64,000 nt of DNA from Sulfurospirillaceae bacterium (GTDB lineage: Bacteria > Campylobacterota > Campylobacteria > Campylobacterales > Sulfurospirillaceae): contig JAWVXD010000003.1 of NCBI GenBank assembly GCA_033723415.1, positions 306,178 to 370,177 of the forward strand, given 5' to 3'. Below are positions 1 through 10,437 of the stretch, in pieces. Made by a program: the position numbers and the translations under genes. The notes under the pieces were generated by a model. That model did not search any database. It saw nothing but the letters and a program-made list of their open reading frames with translations, and was not told the origin of the DNA. The first letter of the stretch is position 1; each line of letters begins with the position of its first letter.

Positions 1-2
1 TT

Positions 3-476
3 TTGCGTAGAGCAAATATAGAAGTTGTAACTGCAGCTATAGATAAGAAGCAAGTGATCGGTGCACATAATATAAGAGTTCAAGCCGACACTCATATACT
101 TGATGTTAAAAGCACAGATTTTGATATGATAGTTTTGCCAGGTGGTCTACCGGGAGCGACAAATCTTCAAAAAGATGAAAATGTTAAAAGGCTTTTGCAA
201 GAGTTTAACAATGATAAAAAATATATCGGTGCCATATGTGCTGCTCCAATAGCGTTAAAAAGTGCAGGAGTCTTGAAAAGTGCGTATACTTGTTATCCTT
301 CTTTTGAAGATAATATAGGGAAAGATGGATATATCTCTGATAAAGATGTTGTGAGCGATGAAAATGTTATTACATCAAGAGGTCCTGCAACTGCCATGAA
401 ATTTGCTCTTGTAATAGTTGAAAAACTTTGTGGAGAAAAGCTGGCAAGTGATGTAAAACAGCAACTTCTTTTATGA
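3..476 (+). CDS. DJ-1/ThiJ/PfpI family protein (5' end truncated by window)
   Basis: Motifs VLPGGLPG, GAICAAP (catalytic Cys) and VITSRGPATA; the ORF is open at the window edge. Confidence 0.9.
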   Translation: MRRANIEVVTAAIDKKQVIGAHNIRVQADTHILDVKSTDFDMIVLPGGLPGATNLQKDENVKRLLQEFNNDKKYIGAICAAPIALKSAGVLKSAYTCYPSFEDNIGKDGYISDKDVVSDENVITSRGPATAMKFALVIVEKLCGEKLASDVKQQLLL

Positions 477-1315
477 ATAAAAAAATAGAAATAGGAAAGA
501 TAAATATCCTACAGGTAGATAGGATAGCAGATCCTGGATTATATCTGGTAGACGAAGAAGGTGAAAGTGTACTCTTGCCAAATGCATATGTCAGTGAAGA
601 TATGCAACTTGATGATATGTTGGAAGTTTTTATCTATACGGACTCGGAAGATAGGCTTATCGCTACGACTCTGAAGCCAAAGGCCATGCTTGATGAATTT
701 GGTTATTTTGAAGTAGTGAGCGTAACAAATTTTGGTGCTTTTGTAGATTGGGGTTTGCCAAAAGATCTCTTCGTACCAAAAGCACTCCAAAAGATACCTT
801 TGGAAGAGGGGATGAAGTTTGTTTTTAGGATTTGTTTAGATGAAGACACAAACAGGCTTGTCGGGGCACATAAGTTCAAAAAATATATCAGAAATGATAT
901 AGAAGAACTTGAAGTAAATCAACGAGTAGAAATTATCATTCGTGAAAAGACTCCTCTTGGTTATAAAGTTATCGTGGATAATAAATATGAAGCAATGATC
1001 TTTCAAAATGAGATCTTTGAAGATATTTGGATAGGTCAAAAAAAGATTGCTTATATTAAAAAAATAAGACCAGACAAAAAACTTGATATTTCGCTGCAGC
1101 CGATAGGTAAAGAAAACGAAAACGTAGCAGTGCATAGGTTAGAAAAAGTATTAAGGTCAAATGGTGGAAGTATGCCATTTACTTATAAAAGCTCTTCTGA
1201 AGATATAAAAGAAGCTTTTGGACTTAGTAAAAAGAACTATAAAAGAGCGCTAACCAAACTTTTGGAAGAAAAAATTATAACTCTGGATGAGAATACAATT
1301 TGCTTAAATCAGTAG
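473..1315 (+). CDS. cvfB: CvfB family S1 RNA-binding protein
   Basis: VFIYTDSEDRLIAT, GAFVDWGLPKDLFVP, C-terminal winged helix FGLSKKNYKRAL. Confidence 0.85.
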   Translation: MNKKIEIGKINILQVDRIADPGLYLVDEEGESVLLPNAYVSEDMQLDDMLEVFIYTDSEDRLIATTLKPKAMLDEFGYFEVVSVTNFGAFVDWGLPKDLFVPKALQKIPLEEGMKFVFRICLDEDTNRLVGAHKFKKYIRNDIEELEVNQRVEIIIREKTPLGYKVIVDNKYEAMIFQNEIFEDIWIGQKKIAYIKKIRPDKKLDISLQPIGKENENVAVHRLEKVLRSNGGSMPFTYKSSSEDIKEAFGLSKKNYKRALTKLLEEKIITLDENTICLNQ

Positions 1316-2505
1316 CTATTATTGGAGCAGGAGCTTCAGGACTTGTTGCGGCAATAGTCGCAGCAAGAAACGGAGCAAAGGTCTGTGTTTATGAAAAAAA
1401 TTCTAAAATAGGTAAAAAGATCTTAGCTACAGGGAACGGTAGATGCAATATCACAAACAAAAATATCCAAACTTCAAATTATCATGGTTTAAATTCATCA
1501 TTTGTAAATCCTGCGATAAATAAATTTAACACTTCTATGTGTATAGATTTTTTTAGAGAACTGGGAATAGAGATGTTTGAGGGGAACAACGGTAGACTTT
1601 ATCCAAAGAGTCACCAATCTTCAAGCGTAGTTGAACTGTTAGCTTACGAATGTAATATTTTAGGCGTAGAATTTTTATTAAATTTTGAAGTTGATAAAAT
1701 TACAAAGGAAAATGGCAAATTTGCTATTTTTTCTGCAGAAAATAAAAAGTATGCAGATAAAGTTTTGATATCTACAGGCGGCTTGGCAATGCCTACATTA
1801 GGAAGCAGTGACAGTGGATATAAAATTGCCAAAACATTTGGACACAGTATCATATCACCTTGTGCATCTTTGGTTCAATTAGAATGTGAAGATGATCTCA
1901 AAAGTATAAACGGTGTAAAAATTGAAGGTAATATAGAGATATTAGTTGATGGACAAAGTGTTAGCAAGAAAAATGGAGACATTCTTTTTACAAACTATGG
2001 CATCTCAGGTTCTGCTATCTTAGATGTAAGTAGAAGTGCTGCAAAGGCTTTGGAATTTCAAAGAGATGTTATAGCCATGCTAGATCTGATACCGGAATAT
2101 TCAAAAGAACAGTTGAAAAATATACTGATAAAAAGAAAAAAATTTTCCAATAAAAAAAGTTTGGAAATATGGTTGGACGGGTTTATAAATTCAAAATTGG
2201 CTAAATTTATAGCTAAAGATTTTCCTGTTAAAAAGGCAGATGATCTTAATACAAAAGATATTGTAAGACTTGTTTATTTATTTAAAAATATGAAACTCAA
2301 AGTAACCGGGACAAGAGGTTTTAAAAGTGCAGAAGTAACAGCCGGCGGTATAAATACAGATGAAATAAATGCACAAACTATGGAATCAAAATTCCAAAAA
2401 GGACTTTTCTTTAGCGGTGAAGTATTGGATATTGATGGAGATTGCGGTGGATATAATCTTCACTGGGCATGGGCTAGCGGATATACAGTAGGTAAAAATA
2501 TTTAA
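1300..2505 (+). CDS. HI0933/BaiN-like NAD(P)/FAD-dependent oxidoreductase
   Basis: GAGASG dinucleotide motif, GKKILATGNGRCNITN, GEVLDIDGDCGGYNLHWAWASG; TTG start. Confidence 0.9.
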   Translation: MLKSVAIIGAGASGLVAAIVAARNGAKVCVYEKNSKIGKKILATGNGRCNITNKNIQTSNYHGLNSSFVNPAINKFNTSMCIDFFRELGIEMFEGNNGRLYPKSHQSSSVVELLAYECNILGVEFLLNFEVDKITKENGKFAIFSAENKKYADKVLISTGGLAMPTLGSSDSGYKIAKTFGHSIISPCASLVQLECEDDLKSINGVKIEGNIEILVDGQSVSKKNGDILFTNYGISGSAILDVSRSAAKALEFQRDVIAMLDLIPEYSKEQLKNILIKRKKFSNKKSLEIWLDGFINSKLAKFIAKDFPVKKADDLNTKDIVRLVYLFKNMKLKVTGTRGFKSAEVTAGGINTDEINAQTMESKFQKGLFFSGEVLDIDGDCGGYNLHWAWASGYTVGKNI

Positions 2506-2520
2506 GTACTTAGTCTATTT

Positions 2521-2543
2521 TTTAAGAGCTTTTTTTGTAGAAT
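2521..2543 (+). promoter_or_regulatory. Putative housekeeping sigma promoter for dnaE (TTTAAG ... TAGAAT)
   Basis: tttaag at 2521-2526 and tagaat at 2538-2543, matching the Campylobacterota RpoD pattern; lies upstream of the tandem repeat. Confidence 0.5.
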
Positions 2544-2578
2544 CGATTAAGATATACTAATGTTGAAGCTAAACTTTT

Positions 2579-2722
2579 TGCATAAAGTGCAAGCTTTAAT
2601 GAGATGATATTTACTTGGGTTTTTACCCAAGTCAAAGAAGAAATAAGATAAAAATTCTGCATAAAGTGCAAGCTTTAGTGAGATGAATTTTGTTTGGGTT
2701 TTACTCAAACAAAAGAAGAAAT
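2579..2722 (+). repeat. Tandem imperfect direct repeat (2 copies, 79-bp period), each copy with two hairpins
   Basis: Copy 1 from 2579: tgcataaagtgcaagctttaatgagatga...aaagaagaaat; copy 2 from 2658: tgcataaagtgcaagctttagtgagatga...aaagaagaaat. Confidence 0.9.
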
Positions 2723-2743
2723 TAAATAGAAAGAAATAAAATT

Positions 2744-5700
2744 ATGAAATTTACACATTTACATTTACATACCGAATATTCACTTTTAGACGGTGCAAAT
2801 AAGATAGCTAAATTAGCAAGCGAGCTTAAAAAACAAGGAGTTGAATCTGTTGCTATAACAGATCATGGCAATATGTTCGGTGCTATAGATTTTTATAAGA
2901 CTATGAAAAGTGTAGGAATTAAACCGATAATCGGTATGGAAGCATATATACACAACAAAGATGAGATAGATGACAAATCTACGAAACAAAGATTTCACCT
3001 TTGTTTACATGCGAAAAATGAGATAGGATACAAAAATTTGATGTATCTATCTTCTCAAAGCTTTATAAATGGATTTTATTATTATCCCAGGATCAACAAA
3101 AAAATGTTGAGAGAGAGAAGTGAGGGATTGATCTGTACAAGTGCTTGTTTACAGGGTGAAGTAAATTGGCATCTTAATACAAATAATCCTAGGAATGTAC
3201 AATTTGGTGCAAAAGGTTATGAAGGCGCCAAAGCTGTAGCATTAGAATACAAAGATATATTTGGGGATGATTTTTATTTAGAACTTATGCGTCATGGAAT
3301 AGGGGACCAACAATATATCGATGAGAGTACGATCAGATTATCAAAAGAGACAGGTATCAAGATAATCGCTACAAATGACACGCATTATCTTAAAGAAGAT
3401 AATGCAGAAGCTCATGAAGCATTTATGTGTATAGCTATGAATAAAGAGTTTGATGACCCAAATAGGCTTCGTCATTCTGTTCATGAGTTTTATCTTAAAT
3501 CTCCTGAAGAGATAGCTCAGTTATATGCTGACATCCCTGAAGCTATATTAAATACTCAAGAGATAGTAGAAAAATGTAATCTTGACATAAAATTAGGAGA
3601 TCCGACTCCTCCAAAATTTAAATTTACCAAAGAATATGCTAAGAAAGAGGGATTAATCTGTGAAAATGATGATGAGTATTTTAGACATCAATGCAAGATA
3701 GGATTGGAACAGAGATTAGAGTTAGTGGATGTTTCTCTTCATGATGAGTACAGAGAAAGACTAGAGACTGAGATGGATATAATCTGCAATATGAAATTCC
3801 CGGGTTACATGCTGATAGTTTGGGATTTTATACGTGAAGCCAAAAAACGAGGAATTCCTGTAGGTCCAGGTCGGGGTAGTGCGGCTGGAAGTTTGGTCGC
3901 TTTTTCTTTGTTTATTACAGATATTGATCCGATGAAGTACAATCTTCTTTTTGAGAGATTTTTGAATCCGGAGCGTGTAAGCATGCCCGATATTGATATT
4001 GATTTTTGTCAAAGTAGACGTGGAGAGATCATAGATTATGTCGTACAAAAATATGGAAGATACAATGTTGCGCAGGTTATCACTTTTGGTAAGCTTTTGG
4101 CAAAAGGTGTTATAAGGGATGTTGCAAGAGTTTTAGGTGTCCCGTATGCAAAAGCCGATAAGATGGCAAAACTGGTGCCTGATGAATTGGAAATCACTCT
4201 AAACGGTAAAGGAGTTGAAGGTGAAGAAGGTTTTAAACCAGGTGCTTTTCAAAAAGAGGAAAAATTAAGACAATGGATAGAAGAAGATCCTGAGATAGCA
4301 AGAGTTTGGAAATTTGCTTTGGCTTTAGAGGGACTAAACAGGAACTCAGGTATGCATGCAGCAGGAGTTGTTATAAGCGATGAAGAACTCTGGCATAAAA
4401 CACCTCTTTACAAACCATCTGGTGAAGAACAGCTTGTCACTCAATATTCACTGAATTATCTTGAGGATGTAGATCTTATAAAATTCGACTTTCTTGGTTT
4501 AAAGACTTTAACGGTTATAGATAAGGCTCTAAAACTCATCAAAAAAAGGTATGGCAAAGAGATAGATTTTAACAGTATTGATGTAAATGACCCAAATATC
4601 TATAAACTTATACAAAGTGGACATACGATAGGTTTATTTCAGATCGAATCAAGCGGTATGCAATCACTTAATGAAAGATTGAAGCCTACGAATTTTGAAG
4701 ATATCGTCGCGGTACTGGCACTGTATCGTCCGGGTCCTATGGAATCGGGAATGTTAAATGACTTCATAGATAGAAAACACGGAATCAAAGAGATAGATTA
4801 TTTTTATGATGAGTTTACAAAACCTCTCAAACCTATACTAGAAGCTACTTATGGTGTTATTGTTTATCAAGAACAAGTTATGCAGATAGTGCAGGCGATA
4901 GGTGGATTCAGCTTAGGAAAATCAGATATCGTTAGACGGGCTATGGGTAAGAAAAAAATCTCAGAAATGCTCAAATATAAAACAGAATTTGCAAACGGAG
5001 CTAAAGAAAAGGGCTACAACTATGATCATGCGATAGAACTTTTTGAATTGATCGAGAAATTTGCAGGTTATGGTTTCAATAAATCTCACTCTGCAGCTTA
5101 TGCTATGATAACATTCCAAACCGCCTATCTTAAGAACTATTATCCGCAAGAGTTTATGGCAGCACTTTTGACAAGTGAACAAGACAATACTGATAAGATA
5201 GTCAAATATATTGATGAAGTAAAGAGACTTGGAATAAAACTTTCTCCACCAAGTGTAAAGAAAAGTTTGATTGAGTTCACAGCAGTTAAAGACGAGAATG
5301 GTGAAGAAACTATATTGTTTGGATTAGGTGCTGTAAAAGGTATGGGAAGTTCTGCTATTACTAAAATACTTGAAGCAAGAGCTGAGGAAAATTTTAAAGA
5401 TCTTGATGATTTTCTTTCCAAAATAGACACGTCAAAAGTTAATAAAAGAGTTATTGAATCTCTTATAAAATCAGGAAGTTTGGATGATTTTTCACATACG
5501 AGAAGGGCACTGCTTGATAATATAGAAAAGATAGTGGAAACTGCAGGAGAGTGTGCTAGAGCTAAAAAGATGGCTGAAAATTCTCTTTTTGGAGATGATG
5601 CCGAGTTGGTATCTTTGCATATAGATATACCAAATGTGCCTGAATTTGATATGAAAAAAGTATTGGAATTTGAAAAAGATACGATGGGATTTTATGTTTC

Positions 5701-6280
5701 AGGTCATCCATTGGATGAATATAAAGAAGCGATCGATGCCATTTCTTATACACTTTCAAGTGAAATAGACAATTTAGGTGATGGAAGTACGGCACTTTTT
5801 ATAGGCAAAGTAGAAGAAATAACAGAAAAAATAAGCAAAAAAGGTCACAAATTCGCTATTTTAAATCTTATGGACTTTCATGGAAATATCGAGATAACAC
5901 TCTTTTCTAAACATTTGGACAAGATAGAACGGATGAATAAAGAAGAACCTATATGCCTAAAAGTTTCTATAACAAGAGATGACAGAGGTGTCAATAAAAG
6001 GGTCTTGAAGATTTTAAATATTGAAGAGGCGAAGAAAGAAAAAACAGAAACAAAAGTTATTGAAGTAGAAGCAGAACCTAAAACCTTATTTATTGAATTC
6101 CAAAAGAATTATGAGATATTGGAGGATCTATACAGACTGGTAAGAGAAAATCCAGGGAATAGGCCATTGAAGCTAGTATTTTCTTCAAAATTACAAGATG
6201 TTGTTTTTGATACTTACTTAAAAGTTTCAGATGACATAGATGAGAAACTTAAAGAAATAAATTTGGCAGGGGTAGCATAA
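2744..6280 (+). CDS. dnaE: DNA polymerase III subunit alpha
   Basis: PHP domain HLHLHTEYSLLDG, GPGRGSAAGS, PDIDIDF, FAGYGFNKSH. Confidence 0.98.
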   Translation: MKFTHLHLHTEYSLLDGANKIAKLASELKKQGVESVAITDHGNMFGAIDFYKTMKSVGIKPIIGMEAYIHNKDEIDDKSTKQRFHLCLHAKNEIGYKNLMYLSSQSFINGFYYYPRINKKMLRERSEGLICTSACLQGEVNWHLNTNNPRNVQFGAKGYEGAKAVALEYKDIFGDDFYLELMRHGIGDQQYIDESTIRLSKETGIKIIATNDTHYLKEDNAEAHEAFMCIAMNKEFDDPNRLRHSVHEFYLKSPEEIAQLYADIPEAILNTQEIVEKCNLDIKLGDPTPPKFKFTKEYAKKEGLICENDDEYFRHQCKIGLEQRLELVDVSLHDEYRERLETEMDIICNMKFPGYMLIVWDFIREAKKRGIPVGPGRGSAAGSLVAFSLFITDIDPMKYNLLFERFLNPERVSMPDIDIDFCQSRRGEIIDYVVQKYGRYNVAQVITFGKLLAKGVIRDVARVLGVPYAKADKMAKLVPDELEITLNGKGVEGEEGFKPGAFQKEEKLRQWIEEDPEIARVWKFALALEGLNRNSGMHAAGVVISDEELWHKTPLYKPSGEEQLVTQYSLNYLEDVDLIKFDFLGLKTLTVIDKALKLIKKRYGKEIDFNSIDVNDPNIYKLIQSGHTIGLFQIESSGMQSLNERLKPTNFEDIVAVLALYRPGPMESGMLNDFIDRKHGIKEIDYFYDEFTKPLKPILEATYGVIVYQEQVMQIVQAIGGFSLGKSDIVRRAMGKKKISEMLKYKTEFANGAKEKGYNYDHAIELFELIEKFAGYGFNKSHSAAYAMITFQTAYLKNYYPQEFMAALLTSEQDNTDKIVKYIDEVKRLGIKLSPPSVKKSLIEFTAVKDENGEETILFGLGAVKGMGSSAITKILEARAEENFKDLDDFLSKIDTSKVNKRVIESLIKSGSLDDFSHTRRALLDNIEKIVETAGECARAKKMAENSLFGDDAELVSLHIDIPNVPEFDMKKVLEFEKDTMGFYVSGHPLDEYKEAIDAISYTLSSEIDNLGDGSTALFIGKVEEITEKISKKGHKFAILNLMDFHGNIEITLFSKHLDKIERMNKEEPICLKVSITRDDRGVNKRVLKILNIEEAKKEKTETKVIEVEAEPKTLFIEFQKNYEILEDLYRLVRENPGNRPLKLVFSSKLQDVVFDTYLKVSDDIDEKLKEINLAGVA

Positions 6281-6289
6281 CGTCTACCC

Positions 6290-6676
6290 TTAAATATCTT
6301 TTAAATAGTTTTCCATGACATCTGTCATCGTGAGGATCCCTTCTATCTCGTTATTGTCTATTACGAGTAGTCTTTTGACATTTGCTTTGACCATCAATTG
6401 TACGGCATAAGTGACATTTAACTCTTCAGATACCTGAAATGCCGGTTTTGAGCAGATGTCATAAACTCGGAGTAGATCAATATCCCCATCGTTTGAAATT
6501 ATTGAAAACATTATATTTTTATAGGTCAATAATCCATATGCATCGCTAGGTCTTAATTTATCGACAATGAGGGATTTTACTTTTCTCTCTTTCATCATTT
6601 TTAAAGCATCTCTGATCGGTGACATTGGTGATACAATAGATAGGTTATTTTTTTTCATAATATCTCTTACTAACAT
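6290..6676 (-). CDS. Stand-alone CBS-pair protein
   Basis: MLVRDIM..., two CBS repeats (YGLLTYKNI, IEGILTMTDV). Confidence 0.85.
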   Translation of the reverse strand: MLVRDIMKKNNLSIVSPMSPIRDALKMMKERKVKSLIVDKLRPSDAYGLLTYKNIMFSIISNDGDIDLLRVYDICSKPAFQVSEELNVTYAVQLMVKANVKRLLVIDNNEIEGILTMTDVMENYLKDI

Positions 6677-6686
6677 GACAACTCCT

Positions 6687-7040
6687 TTATAATTCGTTTT
6701 TTATCTCTTCTTCAAAAAAATCAATTTCATCTACATCTAATCCGGCTAGATGAGTTAGAGGAAATGTAAAAAGCATACCATTTCTGTTTTCTTTACTATC
6801 CATATCCAATTCATGTTTCAATTTTTTGAATATTACGGTAGATACCCGCTTAGGCAATATAAACAGAAGAACAGATACATTTTCTTCCAACGTAAGACCA
6901 AAAAATACTTTTTTTTCTTTTAATCCTATATTTTTACCATGAAGTATAGTGACACTTCCGGCACCTGCTTCTTTTGCGATTTTTATAACATTTTCTTCTT
7001 GGGCATCAGGTATGATAGCTGCCAAAACAATAAATTGCAT
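6687..7040 (-). CDS. PII-like (GlnB superfamily) protein
   Basis: 117 aa, AKEAGAGSVTILHGK, NGMLFTFPL; lies between a DUF1538 gene and a CBS gene. Confidence 0.75.
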   Translation of the reverse strand: MQFIVLAAIIPDAQEENVIKIAKEAGAGSVTILHGKNIGLKEKKVFFGLTLEENVSVLLFILPKRVSTVIFKKLKHELDMDSKENRNGMLFTFPLTHLAGLDVDEIDFFEEEIKNEL

Positions 7041-7041
7041 T

Positions 7042-8538
7042 TTATTTTCTCCTCTTTGAAATTTGTGTGACTAATATACCGTATCCCATGACTGTTATCA
7101 TAGGGAATAAAGATGCAAATGCGATCAAGCCAAAGCCATCTATCAATACGCTTCTTCCAGGTATATTACGTGCTAGCCCTAAACCTAAAGCAGCAACTAA
7201 TGGTACGGTGACAGTCGAGGTTGTAACACCTCCACTGTCATATGCTATGGGAATTATGTATTTTGGTGCAAAATATGTCAGTATAATAACAAAAATATAT
7301 CCTGTTATGATATAGTAGTAAATCGGATCACCATGTACAATTCTATAGGAGCCGAGCGATATTCCAATAGCCACACCAAGAGCTACAGAAATCCTTAGAA
7401 CAGATTGATTTATATTTCCTTCACTTATCTCGTTTGCTTTGGAAGCTATAGCTATGAGTGCCGGTTCAGCCATAGTAGTTGAAAAACCAATAGAAAACCC
7501 AAAAAGATATATGTACCATACATTTTTCATACTTGTCAATGAAGTTGCCAATTCTGCACCTATTGGGAATAATCCAAATTCTAGTCCCAAGATAAAGGCA
7601 TACAATCCTACCAATACCATAAAAATTCCACTAGTAACCTTTGGAATATGAGGTATAGCTTTTTTTATGACGAAATACTGAAAGAATCCTATCACCAAGA
7701 TTATAGGGATCACATCTTTTGCTACATTTAAAAAGTCAAAAAACAATCTTATAAAACCCAAATTATTTATCTGATCTACGGTTGTTACAGTATGTGTTAA
7801 GATTTTTGTATTTGTAGGAGCATCAAAAAAATTGTAAACGACTATACCATATAATTGTACAAATATCATAGGTGTTAAAGAAGCAAATGCTATCAACCCA
7901 AAACCATCGATCGCAGGATTCCTGCCTTTTATGCTGGAGGCCAAACCTATGCCTAAAGCAGCCACTAAGGGTACGGTAACGGTTGAGGTTGTAACTCCTC
8001 CGCTGTCATATGCAAGACCTATGATTTGCTGTGGTGCAAAAAAAGTTATAATGACTACTATAATGTATCCGGCGATTATATAATAATGTACAGGGTGTCC
8101 CAAAAGAATTCTAAGAACTCCTATGGAAATTGCAAAGCCTACAGCGATAGCAACAGTCAATCGTAAGAAAAATGCATCTATCCTTCCATCGCTGATGATT
8201 GAGGCCTTGTGCGCTATTGCTATGAGTGCCGGTTCTGCTATAGTCGTTGCAAAGCCTAAAAAAAATGCAAATAACAAAAGCCAAAATAGAGATCCTTTTT
8301 TAGCAAAATCAGTTGCAAGATTTTCTCCCACAGGGAATATACCTATCTCAAGACCCCGTATGAACATAGCAAGTCCAAAAACTATAATACATAATCCAAC
8401 TATAATCGAGACTAAATTTTTTGGTACTTCTCCGATTATCCATATCTGAAAGAAAGAAATGACTATGACAATAGGCACTAGATCTTTCATGGAATTCAGT
8501 ATATCGTGTAAGAAAATATTTATGCTCTCTTTAAGCAA
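7042..8538 (-). CDS. DUF1538 family polytopic membrane protein (two tandem domains)
   Basis: Duplicated motifs [30 protein letters not shown] and [11 protein letters not shown]; many hydrophobic segments. Confidence 0.85.
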   Translation of the reverse strand: MLKESINIFLHDILNSMKDLVPIVIVISFFQIWIIGEVPKNLVSIIVGLCIIVFGLAMFIRGLEIGIFPVGENLATDFAKKGSLFWLLLFAFFLGFATTIAEPALIAIAHKASIISDGRIDAFFLRLTVAIAVGFAISIGVLRILLGHPVHYYIIAGYIIVVIITFFAPQQIIGLAYDSGGVTTSTVTVPLVAALGIGLASSIKGRNPAIDGFGLIAFASLTPMIFVQLYGIVVYNFFDAPTNTKILTHTVTTVDQINNLGFIRLFFDFLNVAKDVIPIILVIGFFQYFVIKKAIPHIPKVTSGIFMVLVGLYAFILGLEFGLFPIGAELATSLTSMKNVWYIYLFGFSIGFSTTMAEPALIAIASKANEISEGNINQSVLRISVALGVAIGISLGSYRIVHGDPIYYYIITGYIFVIILTYFAPKYIIPIAYDSGGVTTSTVTVPLVAALGLGLARNIPGRSVLIDGFGLIAFASLFPMITVMGYGILVTQISKRRK

Positions 8539-9559
8539 TGTCTTTTCCTAAGATTATCTGAAATGCTTTTGGATTATTTATAAACCTTATCTCTCCTCCA
8601 TGTGCTTTTATAATCTGAGAAGAAAGAGCAAGTCCCAGTCCATTGCCTTTTGTTTTTGTTGTCTTAAAAGGTTCAAAAAGAATATTTTCATTTTTGATCT
8701 TTTTCCCGTCATCACTGATATAAAAAAGATTTTGTTCATTTTCTTCGTAATATGAAATTTGTATTTTCCCATCTTCTTTGTCAGATTCTTCTATGGCATC
8801 GATTGCATTAAATATGAAGTTTTGAAAAACTAAGCATAAAAGATCGAAATCACCTTTGATTTGTATATCCGGCAGATTAAAATGAAAATCTATATTTTTA
8901 GAATAGGTGTAATAAGATATGGATTGTTCCAGATCATCTATCAAACTTGATAGAGAAAAGTATTTTGCATCTACGTTGAGCCCTTTTGTGAAAAGTAAAG
9001 TTGCTTTGATTATTCTCTCAACTCTCCAGATTGATTTTCTCATCTCTAAGACTAACGGCTTAGTTTTTGTGTCAACTTTTTTATATAGAGTAGATGCCAA
9101 AAGTGAGACTGAGCCGATGGGATTTCTTATCTCATGTGATAGATGAGCCGCAACTTGTCCCATGGAGATAAGTCTTTCTTGTCTTTTTTCTTCAGTTATA
9201 TCTGTCGCACTTATGATCGTTTTTTCAGTTTGTTCTACTGTTTTTACAATGAAATATGAATCTTTGTATTTAAACTCTTTTCTATTTTTATTTTCTAAAA
9301 TCTTGTGTAAGAGAGGTTCTAATTCTTTAGCATCGCTATTTTGTAAGAAGATATCTCCGTTTTCATCAAGTACCCATAGGGCATTAGGCTGTACTTCTAT
9401 GATCTGTTTTATGAAGTTTTGTAATGACGAATATGATTCATTTAATTTTTTATACTCATTTTCGATTACGTATGTCTGGTTTATTAGATCATTTAAGCCT
9501 TTTTTGAATATCTCTTTTTCTTTTGTATTGAGGGAGTTTAATAAACTTTCGTCAATCAT
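8531..9559 (-). CDS. flgS: Soluble sensor histidine kinase, FlgS-like
   Basis: H-box [33 protein letters not shown]-terminus [13 protein letters not shown] resembles Campylobacter FlgS; start moved to ATG 9559 behind an RBS-like aagg. Confidence 0.8.
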   Translation of the reverse strand: MIDESLLNSLNTKEKEIFKKGLNDLINQTYVIENEYKKLNESYSSLQNFIKQIIEVQPNALWVLDENGDIFLQNSDAKELEPLLHKILENKNRKEFKYKDSYFIVKTVEQTEKTIISATDITEEKRQERLISMGQVAAHLSHEIRNPIGSVSLLASTLYKKVDTKTKPLVLEMRKSIWRVERIIKATLLFTKGLNVDAKYFSLSSLIDDLEQSISYYTYSKNIDFHFNLPDIQIKGDFDLLCLVFQNFIFNAIDAIEESDKEDGKIQISYYEENEQNLFYISDDGKKIKNENILFEPFKTTKTKGNGLGLALSSQIIKAHGGEIRFINNPKAFQIILGKDIA

Positions 9560-10436
9560 TGAATAGCCTTTCAAAATCATCTAAAGTATATAACTCTATA
9601 TTAACATATTTTTTTGATTCTAGCTCTTTTGAATAACCACTTTTTGAAAATAGAGCAAATTTATCTATACCCAAATCAGCTTTTTGGCATTTGTTTATCA
9701 AAGAATTTAAAACATTTTTACAAATTTTAGTATTTTTCCACTTTGCTTCACCTGCAATATTTAGAGAATTTGTCTTGATAAGTAGATCAATCTCAAGATT
9801 TTTATCCCAATATCCGCCGGTTGATATGATTTGTTCATTTTTGTATACATGACGTAAAAGTTCGTTTGATAGGTTTTCAAACTCAAGACTTATAAATTTA
9901 TCTAAAAAAGGTGCTATGTCAATTTCGTATGAAATTTCATTTTTGTGTATATTCGGAGCAATAAATGTAAACCAAAATCTTGTAAAATTGTCTGAAAATT
10001 GGAGTTTGTCTTGTATTTTGTATCTTCTTAGATCTTTTTTTATGAGTTGTTTCGTAGAGGTTTTTATAGGGGTCTCTCTACTTTTTTCTTTTTTGATGAT
10101 CTTGTTCTCAAAAAGATACTTATAAAGAACTCTGCCTTTCGTTTGAGACAATTTTTCTTTATTGTATACAGTATAACTTTTTCTATCTCCTTTTGCGATT
10201 CTTGTTAGTATTTTCTCTAGCAGTTTTTGAGTTGCGATTTCTTTATCATAAATAAAAGATGATTTGAGTTCTTCAATCTTGTCTATTATCTCTTCTTTTA
10301 TTGTGGTATTGAGAGAATTTGTAAATTTTATATTTGATAAATTGTGATGACCGTCAAAAATAGAGTAATAAATTATGCATTCTTCTATGTTTAAATATGG
10401 AAATTTTTTCTTAAAATTCTGAAATTTACTTTGCAA
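9552..10436 (-). CDS. DUF234-type protein (winged helix plus PD-(D/E)XK-like domain, no ATPase domain visible)
   Basis: FSDNFTRFWFTF, FENLSNE, GYWDKNLEIDL, GEAKW, LFSKSGYS. Confidence 0.7.
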   Translation of the reverse strand: MQSKFQNFKKKFPYLNIEECIIYYSIFDGHHNLSNIKFTNSLNTTIKEEIIDKIEELKSSFIYDKEIATQKLLEKILTRIAKGDRKSYTVYNKEKLSQTKGRVLYKYLFENKIIKKEKSRETPIKTSTKQLIKKDLRRYKIQDKLQFSDNFTRFWFTFIAPNIHKNEISYEIDIAPFLDKFISLEFENLSNELLRHVYKNEQIISTGGYWDKNLEIDLLIKTNSLNIAGEAKWKNTKICKNVLNSLINKCQKADLGIDKFALFSKSGYSKELESKKYVNIELYTLDDFERLFND

Positions 10437-10437
10437 T

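Noticed and set aside
2579..2722. Possible mini CRISPR array
   Set aside because: Only two units, the 'spacers' are homologous to each other, and there are no cas genes in the window
2744..6280. Intein or split in dnaE
   Set aside because: Normal length (1178 aa) and no intein or homing-endonuclease motifs
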